Positions 22,223-33,792 of a DNA stretch of 64,000 bases are shown here, piece after piece. Position 1 is the first letter of the stretch. The number at the start of each line of letters is the position of its first letter. Position numbers and translations under genes: made by a program. Source of the DNA: Carpediemonas membranifera BICM (Eukaryota > Protista > Fornicata); assembly GCA_019828565.1 (NCBI GenBank), contig JAHDYR010000066.1, positions 372,001 to 436,000 of the forward strand, in the 5' to 3' direction. The notes below the pieces were generated by a model that saw only the letters and a list, made by a program, of their open reading frames with translations, was not told where the DNA came from and did no database searches.

Positions 22223-25200
22223 TCAAACCGCCTTGCAGACGTCCTTCACAGTCTTCCGCACGCTGCGCACGAGCAGCTGGCTGGCCTGCGCACCGACTGA
22301 GTCGCCCCGAAGCATTCGAATCTCATTACAGATGTCACCCAATAATTGGATACGGTCCTCCATTGGGTCCAGCAGCGCGTTGATCTCCCTCTGCTTCTCA
22401 CCGAGCTCCTTTGTCAGCGGGCAGGGTGGGGGCACGTCGAGGTCGTCCACTGACGGCTTGGGCGGGGCGGGGTTGCCCTCGGCCTTGGCAGTCCGGCAGT
22501 CCTTGATCCACTTCCGCTTGGCCGCCAGCTGGAGCGCCGCCTGGATCTTCTCCTGTCGGCCGTTGATGCGCTTCATGAGCAGCTGCGCCGTCCGGATCCC
22601 GGCCATCTGCTCCGTCGACGGGTGCAGGAAGGAGGCCACGACGCGCCGCACCACGGACAGCACCGCGACGATAAGGTCGGTCGTGTCTCCGGCCCGGGAC
22701 AGGACCGAGTGCCGCTTGAGGGGCCCGAAGATCAGGTTCAGCGGGGGCAAGTCAGGGGCAGGGGTCACCATCCTTAGCGCCGCCTCGACCGTGGCAGGAA
22801 TGATGAGCGCCTTCCTAGCCTTGGGTGTCTGGGGCATGGCGTCCCGCAGGTCCATCAGACCCCGGCGGACGGCGTAGTCGACCCAGCGGCCTATGGCCCG
22901 CAGCACGGCGTCGGCCCGGTCCATGTAGTGCAGACAGCCCAGCGTCGGGAGGGCCCACACCCACGTCTCCGTCAGGGGGGTCAGGCCGTCCTCGCAGGGG
23001 ATGTCCTGGGCAATGGCGGTGCACTGGATCAGGGGGCGAGGCGGGGCGCCGAGCTGCTCCTTCCCTGCGGCGAACGAGACCTTGATACTGGTGTCGAGGT
23101 CGGGCGGCCGCGACCACTGCTCTGTTGCTAGCGTGTCGATGGGCGCCGAGAGCTCCTTAGCGTGCCTGAAGTAGACGAAGCTGCAGGGATTTTCAGGGTT
23201 CGGGATCAGCGGCGTCACCCGAACACTGTGTCTGGGCACGAAGTCGGGCAGCCGTCGGTCAGGCGGGATCACGGCGGGCAGCTTCGCCATGAGGTCGTCC
23301 AGCGACTTCGTCCGGAGTCTAGTTACGAACGACTTGCCCGCCAGCGCTGTGGGCTCCCAAACGGATCCTACAAAGTGCAGGCGGACGAAGGTGTCTGTGA
23401 TGTCGAAGATGCGGCCGGGCAGAGGGCTCTTGGCATCATCGCACCGCGACTCCTGCTTGGCGACGGCGTCAAGGATGGCATCGATGGCCTCGACCCCCGG
23501 GACATACTTCGACAGGGTCTCGGGTATGCCCGTGACGTGGCATCGGAGACAGTCATAGCCATCCTTTGTGTCGCCCCGCTGCAGCAGGAAGCGGAGGTCG
23601 GCCACGGTCTTCATGAGGAGGGCGGACTGGACGGCCGACACGCCTGCCACGGCGATCGGATCATGCTGGGAGAATAGGTCGTTGCCCCGAACCATCTCCT
23701 CTAGGGGCAGCAGATGGCCCTCGACGAGGGACCCGTCCAGCAGGCCGCCGTCCGAGTACACAGCCAACAGGAGGGCAGGCACGTCGTGCACGGGCAACCC
23801 GATCATGTGGCGGAGTCGGTGGTGGTCGACGATGGTCTGGCCGGCGGCGACCTTAAGCTCGATGAGCCCCAGCAGCATGTCGACGGAGTCCCCCAGCGCG
23901 ATACAGTCCATGATGATCCGGTCGACGATGGTGTGGGCAAGCGGGTCACGGGCCTCGGCAAGGACGGCCACCGCCTCGACAGCGGACGGACGGTCGAACA
24001 TCGCCAGTCGCTCGTGGGACCGAAGACGGTCGAAGACGCGACGCACCTTGGCGACCTTGGCCTCGAAGTCAGCAACACGTCTTCTGATAAGAAAGTCCGA
24101 GAAGCCCTCGACGGGAAGAACGTGGATGGGGTTCTCCCTGGTCATCGCGACCTTGGCGACAACCCCGGGGAACGTCAGCACCTCAGGGTACGTCAGCAAC
24201 ACCTTGAGGACGATGCGGGTGAGGGCCCCGGTCGCGATGGCCGCGGACCGGAGGAGCGCTGGGTCTGTCAGCTGGGCCCGCAGCTCCATCGACCGGACGA
24301 AGATGGCGCACATCAGGGCGGGCTGGAGCATCTTCCTGCTGACGACGGACTCCGCCATGGCCAGTGCCCCCCTCGCCGTCTGCATCAGCTGGCTGGCACG
24401 TCTCAGCGCCTCGTTGAACTCAGCGGCGTTGCCGAAGTTCTCCACGGCAGGGGGGTGCGGCACGATCGTCAGGCTGAGCAGTATGGGCAAGACCCGGCCG
24501 ATGAGGGCCGGAAGAGCCCCGTGGTGCACCGTAGCAAGCCAGCCGTGCGACACGGTCTCGAGCCCGGGTGGAGTTATCGACCCGATCAGCGTGGAAACTA
24601 GCCTCTCGACCGTGACGACCGCCAGCTGCCGCGCCCGCAACACGCTGATGCGGCCGGTCTCAGTGGTCGTGGCCAGGAATGCGAGCCAGTCAGTCAGCGT
24701 GGCCAGGGTCTCCGTACTGGGCGCCATGGTCGCCATCCTGTCGAGCAGCATGGTCACGGGAAGAATGACCGTCCCGTAGCGGCTGCTGGGCAGTGGCTGC
24801 TTCGTGTTGCGGAGGACGAGGCCGGCAAATGCCCGGGTCGCCAGGAGCAGGGGCTCAGGGTTGTCTGGCATGCGGCAGCGGCAGATGCACTGGATGAGCT
24901 CTGGTGTGCAGCACAGGAACGGGAAGTCCGTCGTCAGATGACACACCGCCGCGAACACCTCCACAAGCCGGTCCGACAGCGACCCGCTTTGCAGCAAGGT
25001 CTCTGGTAGCAGCGGGATCGATCTGACCACCTGCCCCAGTCGGCAGGCGCTGTCGTGCCGCACCGTCGGCCCCAACTCCTGGATGGCGAAGTCCAGGGTC
25101 AAGATGACCGTCTCCTTGACCGCGTCTACGATAGCCGGGCCGATGCCGACGGCGACGAGGGGGCCGAGGAGGTCAGACCCCATGGCGATGCGGCCCTTCG

Positions 25201-27046
25201 CGTCGTGACCGTCATCCATGAGCCGATCGGACAGTAGAGACCAGGGCCACGCGTCGTCAGCTGCCAGTCTGTCGGCCACGATGAAGGCGGCTATCGACTC
25301 GACCGAGTTCGTCAGGAATGTATCCGGGGATAGGGTAATGACGTCCTTCACCAGACCGCCGAGACGGGCTGTCACGTCCCGGTCAGGGGTGGGGAGGGAG
25401 ATAATGCGGCGACACAGCTTGTGGACAAACGTGACGATCGACGCGACGACAGCCTTAGCTTGCTTGACCCGCTCGGCGACGACTTTCTCGGGATTGGCGA
25501 CGGGGTCATCTGACACGAGGATGTGGTGGGCCGCCTGCTCGCGGACATGACGCAGGAGGGGTGTCTGGTTGTCGATGATGGCCTGCTCGGCCCGAACGGC
25601 ATTGTAAAGCACCGCCATGAGCGGGTCGGCTGCGGCAACGATCGCCTCGAGCCCCGAGTTCGTGCCGACCAGATGCCCGACGTTCCTCATCATCTCGGGC
25701 GTCACGTCGCCAGCGAGCAGCTCTGCAGTCGGACCGCTTGTCGGCTGGGACAGTCTGATGTATACCGGCAGGTCGTGCGGCCACCGGCGACCGATCCCAC
25801 GTCCATCCCCGACGGCTGTGTCGGGGGCGACGTCCTTGGGGACCATGTAGTCCGGTAGCACCGTCCCCGCCACGTCCGTCCCCGGCGCACCGACGCCGCC
25901 AGGGTCACCCGACGCGAGCTGAAGGGTGTAGCGGCCGGGGACCCGAGGGACGGCGCCGTCGGGCGTCAGGTGCAGCGATAGGTAGCCGAAGCAGACTCCG
26001 ACAGTTTGGGCGAATGCGGTCACCGCAGAGCACCCCGCGGTGCCGCGGCGCTTCTTGATGACCTCGAATGGCTTGGCCGGTAGCTGTCGACTGAATTCCC
26101 GGACCCGCTCGGCTGTGAGGGGATCTCCTCGGTGCAGGATGTGGAACACAGCGTGCAGGGCGACCGGGGTCTGCGGGGCATCATAGTAGATGGGGACCGA
26201 TACGATGGGCGGGGCGTCGTGGTCGGACAGAATCTCGACCAGCACGTCCTCTGAGGCTCCTGACTGGACGGCGACCTCGTATTCCTCCGCCACGGCCGCC
26301 ACGTCGATGCTGGCGAGAGACACGAACTGCGACGAGTGGAGTTGTGTGGTACGGGTGATGTAGGGGAGCCAGTTTGCACTGACAGGGACCAGGTTGCCGT
26401 CAAGGTCGGCCAGGGCCACTGCTATGGTGATCTCTGGCAGCGACAGGCCAGAACGCCACATTCCCTTGAGAATCTCGTCCAGACTGACTGCGATAGTGAC
26501 GAAACTCACGGGCTCGCGGCCGTCTAGGCGCGGCATGCAGCTCTGAAACAACCTTGGCTGCCCTCCGATCACTGGGGCGGGCAGGAGCCTGTACGGGCCC
26601 TCATAGTCCGCCGCCCTCCCCGAGTCGATCACCACGGACTGCCGGGCCAACGCAACCACGTCCCCGTCCCAGTCGGGGAGACTTAGCGGCGTGCGGGTGG
26701 TGAGGATCGCTGGGTTGGTCTGGTACCAGTCCGGGATGACCGAGAACGTCGCAGTCGTCGTGCGGTCGGTGGAGAAGACACCGGTCTCCTGGGGGCTCAC
26801 CGTCTCGACGATCAGCTCTAATGGGACACCATCCGGGACATATTCGAATATAACAGCGATTTCTGGGACCTTGGAGTCGATTACTTGCAGTATGGTGGCG
26901 CCGTCCAGTAGGAGGGCCTCGCTGTTGTAGTTCTCGCCCACGAGGCGCACCGTAAGGCCAAAGGTCGAGCTTTCTGGCCTTTTGTACCTCATTGCAGCAG
27001 AAAGTTGCTGCAGAGTCGCCTTGTAGACCACGCTCAGACCGGGCAT
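22223..27046 (-). CDS. large protein (1607 aa), possibly a divergent DOCK-family GEF
   Basis: Uninterrupted ORF. FVRLHFVGSVWEPTALAGKSFVTR resembles the DHR2 lobe motif YFRVGFYG...GKEFIYR. The CDS is secure; the family call is weak. Confidence 0.45.
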   Translation of the reverse strand: MPGLSVVYKATLQQLSAAMRYKRPESSTFGLTVRLVGENYNSEALLLDGATILQVIDSKVPEIAVIFEYVPDGVPLELIVETVSPQETGVFSTDRTTTATFSVIPDWYQTNPAILTTRTPLSLPDWDGDVVALARQSVVIDSGRAADYEGPYRLLPAPVIGGQPRLFQSCMPRLDGREPVSFVTIAVSLDEILKGMWRSGLSLPEITIAVALADLDGNLVPVSANWLPYITRTTQLHSSQFVSLASIDVAAVAEEYEVAVQSGASEDVLVEILSDHDAPPIVSVPIYYDAPQTPVALHAVFHILHRGDPLTAERVREFSRQLPAKPFEVIKKRRGTAGCSAVTAFAQTVGVCFGYLSLHLTPDGAVPRVPGRYTLQLASGDPGGVGAPGTDVAGTVLPDYMVPKDVAPDTAVGDGRGIGRRWPHDLPVYIRLSQPTSGPTAELLAGDVTPEMMRNVGHLVGTNSGLEAIVAAADPLMAVLYNAVRAEQAIIDNQTPLLRHVREQAAHHILVSDDPVANPEKVVAERVKQAKAVVASIVTFVHKLCRRIISLPTPDRDVTARLGGLVKDVITLSPDTFLTNSVESIAAFIVADRLAADDAWPWSLLSDRLMDDGHDAKGRIAMGSDLLGPLVAVGIGPAIVDAVKETVILTLDFAIQELGPTVRHDSACRLGQVVRSIPLLPETLLQSGSLSDRLVEVFAAVCHLTTDFPFLCCTPELIQCICRCRMPDNPEPLLLATRAFAGLVLRNTKQPLPSSRYGTVILPVTMLLDRMATMAPSTETLATLTDWLAFLATTTETGRISVLRARQLAVVTVERLVSTLIGSITPPGLETVSHGWLATVHHGALPALIGRVLPILLSLTIVPHPPAVENFGNAAEFNEALRRASQLMQTARGALAMAESVVSRKMLQPALMCAIFVRSMELRAQLTDPALLRSAAIATGALTRIVLKVLLTYPEVLTFPGVVAKVAMTRENPIHVLPVEGFSDFLIRRRVADFEAKVAKVRRVFDRLRSHERLAMFDRPSAVEAVAVLAEARDPLAHTIVDRIIMDCIALGDSVDMLLGLIELKVAAGQTIVDHHRLRHMIGLPVHDVPALLLAVYSDGGLLDGSLVEGHLLPLEEMVRGNDLFSQHDPIAVAGVSAVQSALLMKTVADLRFLLQRGDTKDGYDCLRCHVTGIPETLSKYVPGVEAIDAILDAVAKQESRCDDAKSPLPGRIFDITDTFVRLHFVGSVWEPTALAGKSFVTRLRTKSLDDLMAKLPAVIPPDRRLPDFVPRHSVRVTPLIPNPENPCSFVYFRHAKELSAPIDTLATEQWSRPPDLDTSIKVSFAAGKEQLGAPPRPLIQCTAIAQDIPCEDGLTPLTETWVWALPTLGCLHYMDRADAVLRAIGRWVDYAVRRGLMDLRDAMPQTPKARKALIIPATVEAALRMVTPAPDLPPLNLIFGPLKRHSVLSRAGDTTDLIVAVLSVVRRVVASFLHPSTEQMAGIRTAQLLMKRINGRQEKIQAALQLAAKRKWIKDCRTAKAEGNPAPPKPSVDDLDVPPPCPLTKELGEKQREINALLDPMEDRIQLLGDICNEIRMLRGDSVGAQASQLLVRSVRKTVKDVCKAV

Positions 27047-27369
27047 CGTTTTCGCAGAATACGCTCTTTGCCATGTTTGCCACTGTGGGCGCCCTTCCAG
27101 GTCTGCACTAGCTTCATCTCGACGAGTTCAAGCGCATGTGAGCGATTTAGCAAGGTATATACCGACTGATGAGGTGAGATAACCCAACGGGGTAACAGAA
27201 AGGTAAATGTTGAACCGAGCTCAATTTCTCAGGATCCAGTGCAGAACGCCATTTAGGACAGCTATTCAGCCTGTGCCACCCGTTCCTCGGAGTAGCTTGG
27301 CATCTCCCGACTCTAAACCAAAAGTCTCAATGTGTTCAATAGCACCGGGCATCCTTTACAACTAACCAC

Positions 27370-27842
27370 TTAGAGGATCTCGCAGCGGCCGCCGGCAGCG
27401 AGGATCTTCTGCTCAGCCTGCTGAGAGAAGTAACGGGCGCGGACAATAAGGGGGCAGGTAAGGTTGCCCTTGCCAAGGACCTTGAAAGCACCGTGGTGGG
27501 TCACGTCGAGGACGAGAGCGTTCTCGGGGGTGCCAGCAAGAGCCTTCTCACGGACCTCCTCGGGGACGAGGGTAAGCAGCTTCTCAATGTTCACAGTGGG
27601 GCAGTAGTCGCGGTTCTTGAGCATGTGAAGGTGGCGCATGCCGAGCTTACCGAAGTAGTGAGGGTGGTAACTTTGTAACATCGTATTCATGGAAAAACGA
27701 ACCGGTCGAAGAGAGTACGGTGGTGGGTAAGGCCACCAGCGTTACCGTGGCCGCCGGGGTGCTTGCGGGCGCGGCCAACACGGCCATGACCAGCGGAAAC
27801 CTGACCGCGGTGCTTACGGGACTTGTGAGCGACAGTAGGCAT
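27370..27842 (-). CDS. RPL27A: 60S ribosomal protein L27a (uL15); intron 27671-27702
   Basis: [40 protein letters not shown]|[12 protein letters not shown] after removing a 32-nt GTTCGT...TTACAAAG intron. Confidence 0.96.
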
Positions 27843-28113
27843 ACTTAAGGAAGCTAGCTCTCGGCACTCTTTTTTCATGCAACTTTTTTTTGCAAAGAAA
27901 AAAGCTGGAATGAAAGCCGAGGTTCTTTGCCCTTAAAGCCGACCGGGGCATGAATGACCCAACTCGGAAATTGAGGAGATACGATTTTACCCGCCATTGG
28001 TTGCCTCTCATCCGCGTTTGGCCGAACATCCTGATCCCGGACTCGCCAGTCGTTGCGCCAACCCACCAACACTTCCCGCACATAGATTTATAAACCGCGT
28101 ATACACGTATAAA

Positions 28114-29934
28114 CTAAGCTAAACCCATGAAATCGGACTCGTCGACAGTCACCTGCTTGCGGTAGACATCGATGCCGGCCTCCTCCGCAATGACCATCCC
28201 CCGCTCCTGCTTAGCTGCATCACGCTCAGCCTCATCTGAGAAAATCGCGATATCTAGCTTGAGAATCTTCGGGATGCGGGACCAGAGCTTAAAGGCGGAC
28301 GACACGCCGATGACAAGGATGAGGAGCGGCGTCAGCATGGCGAACCACGTGCTGAAGAATGGCACGCTGCCCGCTGGGTCGAGCACTGCGCTGAACGCCG
28401 TGTTCCTGGACGCCATGTTGACTCTGAGGAAGTTGAGGGCGAGCACGGGTGTGAATCGGGGCAGATACATGGCCATGCGCATGAGGGAGTCCGACCCGGT
28501 GCCGTGGGGGGTGATCGTGATGAACATCCAGATCCGGAGGTGCAGGACGGTGTAGCAGGCGGCCGTGACGACGTACAGCAGGGCGAGGAACACACCCACC
28601 TGCATCAGCAGCTCGTTCCAGGACAGCACGCGCAGGTACCAGTACCACGGGGTGACGTAGACGAAGGGGGTCCGGGCGGGCAGCACCAGCAGCAGCTCCC
28701 CCAGCACGACTAGCGCAGACAGGACCCCGGCGGCCACAGCGACAGCACGGGCCAGCCAGGGCAGGACGACGACCTCGCACGGCCGCATGATGACGACTGG
28801 GACCCACCCGAGTAGTGGCGGGGCGCGGTACGCCGCACCGGGCCCCACGCGGCGCTCGAGGGACGCGATGTGGCGGAGCAGGCGGGTCCTCTTCTGGCGG
28901 CACCGCGTGTACTCCTCTATGGCCGCCCTGAGCTTGCGGGAGCGGGTGGTGAGTCGCCGGGCGGGTGTGGAGACGTCGACAGCCTCAGCACGCCCGATAC
29001 CCGGGATGAGGCCCTCGATGCCGTCCACGAGTCGACCCGTGATGCCACTGCGGGCCTTGCGGGTGCCGTGGTCGTCGTTTTGCGGGGCCAGGATTGAGTT
29101 GAGCAGGGCGTCGGCCCGCTGGGGGAGGACCCTGGTCCGGACCCGGTTGACGGTGCTGCCCAGTTCCTTCAGCAGCCGGGAGTCGCCGCTGCTAGCCTCC
29201 AGCAGCGACAGGTCGGGTGCCTTGGCCAGCATGTGTTCGAGCCTCTTCCTAGCACCCTCGGCGGTGTCCGAGGACTCCCGGGACAGCAGCTCCTCGGCCT
29301 TGCCCATCTGGGCCCGCAGCTTGGCCTCTGCCTTCTCAAAGGCGGCGTGGACCGGGCCGAGCTCGGCGTATGCCCGCTGCAGGGAGACTCTGAAGGACGC
29401 CCAGGACCAAATGGCGCGGGGCAGGGCGATGAGGCCGTGGCCGAGCATGACCACGACACAGAAGAGGCCCCAGGTGTTGGCAGTGACGATGAAGAGGTTG
29501 TATATGTTGCCAAATGAGATGATGCCGCCGTAGAGCAGGAAGACGAGGATGACGACGAACAGGGCCCCCATCGACCCAAAGAACATGGCGTTCGCTATCA
29601 AGGAGTACTTGATTCGCTCCCAGTAGGTGGGGGCGAGGGACCTGGCGTACTGGATGTAGAACGGGCCGAGCACGTAGGTGTAGCCGAGGACGAGGATGTA
29701 GAAGAGGCGCCAAAAGATCGAAAAGATCGTGAACTGGGGATTATTCCCCTCATAGGACAGCGATAGGTCAAGTGGAACTGAAACTAGAACGAAACTGAAG
29801 ATAAAAAGCCCAATACCGCAGTAGGCAAGGACATATTTCGGAACCGTGCGTCGTTCGCCGTAATAAAGCGGTACAAACAACGCAGCTACCAGAAGTAGCG
29901 GTAAAAGTGCAAGATTAGCATAGCTGAGCAGCAT
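28114..29934 (-). CDS. LMBR1-family membrane protein (LMBRD2-like)
   Basis: 5+4 TM layout, VPLDL, ANTWGLF.VV.MLGHGLIALPR.IW. Confidence 0.8.
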   Translation of the reverse strand: MLLSYANLALLPLLLVAALFVPLYYGERRTVPKYVLAYCGIGLFIFSFVLVSVPLDLSLSYEGNNPQFTIFSIFWRLFYILVLGYTYVLGPFYIQYARSLAPTYWERIKYSLIANAMFFGSMGALFVVILVFLLYGGIISFGNIYNLFIVTANTWGLFCVVVMLGHGLIALPRAIWSWASFRVSLQRAYAELGPVHAAFEKAEAKLRAQMGKAEELLSRESSDTAEGARKRLEHMLAKAPDLSLLEASSGDSRLLKELGSTVNRVRTRVLPQRADALLNSILAPQNDDHGTRKARSGITGRLVDGIEGLIPGIGRAEAVDVSTPARRLTTRSRKLRAAIEEYTRCRQKRTRLLRHIASLERRVGPGAAYRAPPLLGWVPVVIMRPCEVVVLPWLARAVAVAAGVLSALVVLGELLLVLPARTPFVYVTPWYWYLRVLSWNELLMQVGVFLALLYVVTAACYTVLHLRIWMFITITPHGTGSDSLMRMAMYLPRFTPVLALNFLRVNMASRNTAFSAVLDPAGSVPFFSTWFAMLTPLLILVIGVSSAFKLWSRIPKILKLDIAIFSDEAERDAAKQERGMVIAEEAGIDVYRKQVTVDESDFMGLA

Positions 29935-30153
29935 TGTTCGTGTTTGCGGTTCGTTTCTTTCGCTGGCCGCGACGAAGCTGCGAGACTCGAAAGTGCATTT
30001 TACGGCTTTTCGACCCCGGCACGCAAAGCACCCCGCTGAACTCCCAGTTGTACGCGTTGCGGTGCGGCAGGTGACCCTGGCCCATAGCAGGGTCAGCTGC
30101 ACAAGGGAAACAGTCCATACGCGCTATGTTTATGCTGCTTGTTCCTGCGGCCG

Positions 30154-31775
30154 TCATTCAGCAACACCGACGATCTCGATGGTAGTGGCGCCCAAGAACT
30201 CCGGTGTGACCCACTCGACCGGGGTCGGGGCCCCCACCACCGTTGTGGGCCCGTGAACCCCGAGCTCCTCGTCCCAGTTCATCCCCAGCCCGAACCACCG
30301 AACCCCGGCCTTCACCCAGCAGCAGTCGTACTGGGTCCTCATGTCGGCCATGACGGCCAGGAGCTCCCATCTGACGAGGGTCCCGCCGCTGGCCCATGTC
30401 CCGCACGTGGTCCCGTCTTCACGGATAAACGCCCAGACGAACTGACTGATGGCGACGCCCTTGATCGCCCAGGGCAGGTTGAGTGGGACCGCCGCGGGGC
30501 ACTCGGTCAGGCCATGGAGGAAGCGGCCGCCAAGCATGCCGACCTTGCCAGCGTACAGGAGCCGGTCGCCGCTGAGGAAGACGGTGAAGTCGGACATGCA
30601 CCAGGCCCGGACCGCAGGAAACGGAGCCTGGGTATAGTTCACGATGTCGTCCGTCGCCTGCCCGAGTCCCAGCTGGCCGTGGTGGTTGCGGCCGGCCAGC
30701 AGCGTCAGGTCGCGGCAACGCACGGCCGTGTAGTCGGGGCAGCTCACGAGCTCCTCGGGGGTGAAGCGGGGCGGTAGGGTGACCTCCGTGAAGAGTCGGA
30801 CCTGGAGCGCGGTGTCCGTGCCCATGCCGAGTCGACCATGACTGTTGTCCCCCGCCACCACGGTGCCCCAGGCCGTCACCAGCATCGTCTCCGTCGCCGT
30901 GAGGAAGATGGACTGGATAAGCCGGTGCTTCTGTTGCGGTAGAAGGCTGGCCTCCCCCTCGGCGACACGGGGGGCATCGAACCCGAGCCGCGTCGGGTAT
31001 ACTGGGTGGTTGTGCCCCAGCCCGAGATTATACAACTCGTTGCTGCCCCAACCATACATGCCCCGGGGTGTAAGGGCTATGGCGTGGGCCCCGACGGTGT
31101 GGAGCTCGACGACGGGGGGACCCGGACCCACTGGTACCTGGGAATGACGCCCTCGATGGATATGACCCCGGTCATGCGGTTCTTGTTGTCGCCACGGGCA
31201 TAGAGTCGGCCGGCGTACCGTCTAAAGTGCACCATGGATAGGTGTACAGCCGCCCGGCAGTACTCGCCATCCTTATCAGCAACATGCATGGAGAAAAACG
31301 TCTTCCGGCATAGGAACCACAGACACTTGTCCTGGGCCGTGTACCGCTTGTTACAGCGGTTGACACGAACGTCCTCCCTGTTGTCCAGGTCCGGGTCGGC
31401 CCCAGCCTCCAGCATCAGCGCCCACACCGTGCCCTGAAGCAGCGTGTACAGTCGGGCGGGCAGGTTCTGAGTGCCACTAAGCGGGATGTTCATGCTCAGC
31501 TCCGGACCTGGCACTGTCAGCATTCCAATGGCCAGGGCAACATGGGCAAAGGCCACTTCATTCTCGAGAGTGATGGAGCGGAGCATATCCAGCAACTCTT
31601 CGATGTTTGGCGTGTCTACTGGCTTGATATGTCCCGCATGTTGTATCAGACACTGCTTGTGGTGCTCAAGGTGGTACGCTCGCGACAGAATCGACGGTAT
31701 GTCGCCGGGAATGCGCGACGTTTCGGAAATTGCACGCTGGATGACTTGTTTCAACAACTGTTCAGCGGCTGTCAT
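30154..31775 (-). CDS. RCC1/BLIP-II repeat protein, split by a -1 frameshift at the G6 run 31114-31119
   Basis: Repeats GWGSNELYNLGLG, AGDNSHGRLGMG, AGRNHHGQLGLG. One extra base joins the two ORFs as QWVRVPPVVELH. Confidence 0.7.
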
Positions 31776-32428
31776 GTTTGAATTCAAATTGGTTTAGGTT
31801 ACAATGGATGAAAGTTGTGCTTCCAACAACTGGTCGTCTGTTTGGGTAAGGAGTCAACCACGGTCAAACGACCCGCCAGCCGTGGATGATCCCAGCAAAT
31901 GACCGCATATGGCAGGTGTTTGGAGCGGCAATAGGGCATGGCCGTTCTATCGGCGCGTAAGAGGGAAGCCTGCCGACATCTCTGCCAGCCGGCCAACAAT
32001 GGACTGGGAGGGTGGGCACGGGACAGGCGGCCTTGTCGAAGGTACAGCGGGTGCCGTGACGACGACCGCGCTCTCTTCGCCCATCACCGCCCAGACGCCC
32101 AGATAAAATGGACCGATCAGATCATGCTGACTCTGGGTCGAGCAATGGCGATGGTATGGATGCCGGCGGATGTGCGTGTGTAGGGAGCGATATAGACCCA
32201 GCGGCGGTAGCTATTCACCTGCCACTTTGATTATCTCAAATTTGATTCACATGCACTTTTCTTGTTTTGAATCTCATGATCCCAGGTCCAAGATGCCGAA
32301 AATCTAACAATGTTGGAAGTCCAAGTGCATGACCAGCAGAGGGTGATGGTACAGCAAGTTGTGTCTGATCGAGTCAAACCAACACCAGTGCCGCAGGACA
32401 AGGCTCAAAATCCGAGCTAATTCTTACC

Positions 32429-33538
32429 ATGCCACAGTTCGGCGATACGGCTGGAACATTGCAGGGAATTACGCTCTATGACATTATATACGGCTGGGAC
32501 ATTCCGCCATGGGCCTATCGGATGCTTGCAGGCATTTCCGGAACTTTGTCCTTCATGGGGAGCAGCTACATCGTTATCAGCTGTCTCCTGTTGACCTTCG
32601 GCATTGTGAAGCAAAGGTATGTTACTTCCGCCACCCTTTATGCAGCACGCAGACGACGAATGTCAGCCTCGTTCTATCCCTGTCCCTTGCTGATTTTTTC
32701 AGCTCGTTCAGCTGTTCGCCCCCCATCCCCCCATTCTCACACAGACATGACCATCTTCTTCAATCTCCACAACAGGTTTTGGATTGTTTGCAAGCTCCAG
32801 GCCTTCTGGATGCAACTCTTTGAGCTTGCCTCAATTTTTAACACGGGCGCTATCGCGTTCTATTTGCTGAACTCCATCATCTTCCGACTCAAAGGCAGGG
32901 TGCTGTCCGTTGTGAACGGCTTCTGGATCATTGTCGCGTGGACCATCCCCATCATCATGGCCGTCACCCTCTTCCCACTGGGCGGGTACGGCCCCTCGGG
33001 CCCCTGGTGCTGGGTGAACGTCGTGGAGTTCAAGTTCTTCTTCTTCTACAACTACCTGTTCGTGATTGTCATCCTCAACATCCTCATCTACATCGCCGTC
33101 TTCACCTACCTCTCCCTCCTCGGCCGGAAGGTATCCCGCACCAACCGGCACACGGTGAGGTTTGCCCGGTCTCTACTGGCGTACATGGTCGTGTTCTTCG
33201 GAGTATGGTCTGTCCCAGTCATCTACCGTCTGCTGTCCCTCGCAGTCGACGTCGACACCCCCCTGCTAGTAATCCCCATGACCATCCTCAACCCGTGCGG
33301 CGGCATCTTCAATGGCCTGATCTACGGCTACTTCGCTAGGGTCCACCAATCCTGGTTGAAGTGGATCGATCGAAAGCGACGCACAATAACAACACAGAAC
33401 CCTCTCAGCAACAAACGGCCCATCCCCCGGAACTCCAGCGCCATATCGGTCGACCCGCTCGGCGTAGACATCCCTGTTGTTGCGACCGACTACCCGATGA
33501 CACCCGAGGAATTCGGCCACGTCGAGAACAACGTGTAG
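32429..33538 (+). CDS. cAMP-receptor-like (CAR/GCR1 family) 7TM receptor; introns 32617-32645 and 32714-32744
   Basis: LSFMGSSYIVI (TM1), spliced exon 2 LVLSLSLADFFSS (TM2), CKLQAF.MQLFELAS, YGPSGPWCW, GIFNGLIY. Confidence 0.8.
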   Translation: MPQFGDTAGTLQGITLYDIIYGWDIPPWAYRMLAGISGTLSFMGSSYIVISCLLLTFGIVKQRYVTSATLYAARRRRMSASFYPCPLLIFSARSAVRPPSPHSHTDMTIFFNLHNRFWIVCKLQAFWMQLFELASIFNTGAIAFYLLNSIIFRLKGRVLSVVNGFWIIVAWTIPIIMAVTLFPLGGYGPSGPWCWVNVVEFKFFFFYNYLFVIVILNILIYIAVFTYLSLLGRKVSRTNRHTVRFARSLLAYMVVFFGVWSVPVIYRLLSLAVDVDTPLLVIPMTILNPCGGIFNGLIYGYFARVHQSWLKWIDRKRRTITTQNPLSNKRPIPRNSSAISVDPLGVDIPVVATDYPMTPEEFGHVENNV

Positions 33539-33792
33539 TTTGTTTTTATGTAATCTAGGACGTGTCAGCGTGATACGTCAGTAAACGGTGTCCAAACGCC
33601 TCGTCAGTAGTTGTGTATCACATAAATGGCTCATGTTTATAAATCACTGCCCCCAAAATCGCCATGATGCCCTCATGTCCGCTACTCTCCTGGTGTATGA
33701 CAAGTGGAGCGTCAAGCTGGGACTGTTCAGCCCCCTGGAGCTTCTGCCAGTCGATCTGCCGGCCTGAGCCAGCTGTTTACGTTGAGTACGTA

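Noticed and set aside
27166-27201. CTGATGA...GAAA hammerhead-ribozyme-like core
   Set aside because: Stem II is not closed (G opposite A) and no stem III/UH partner was found
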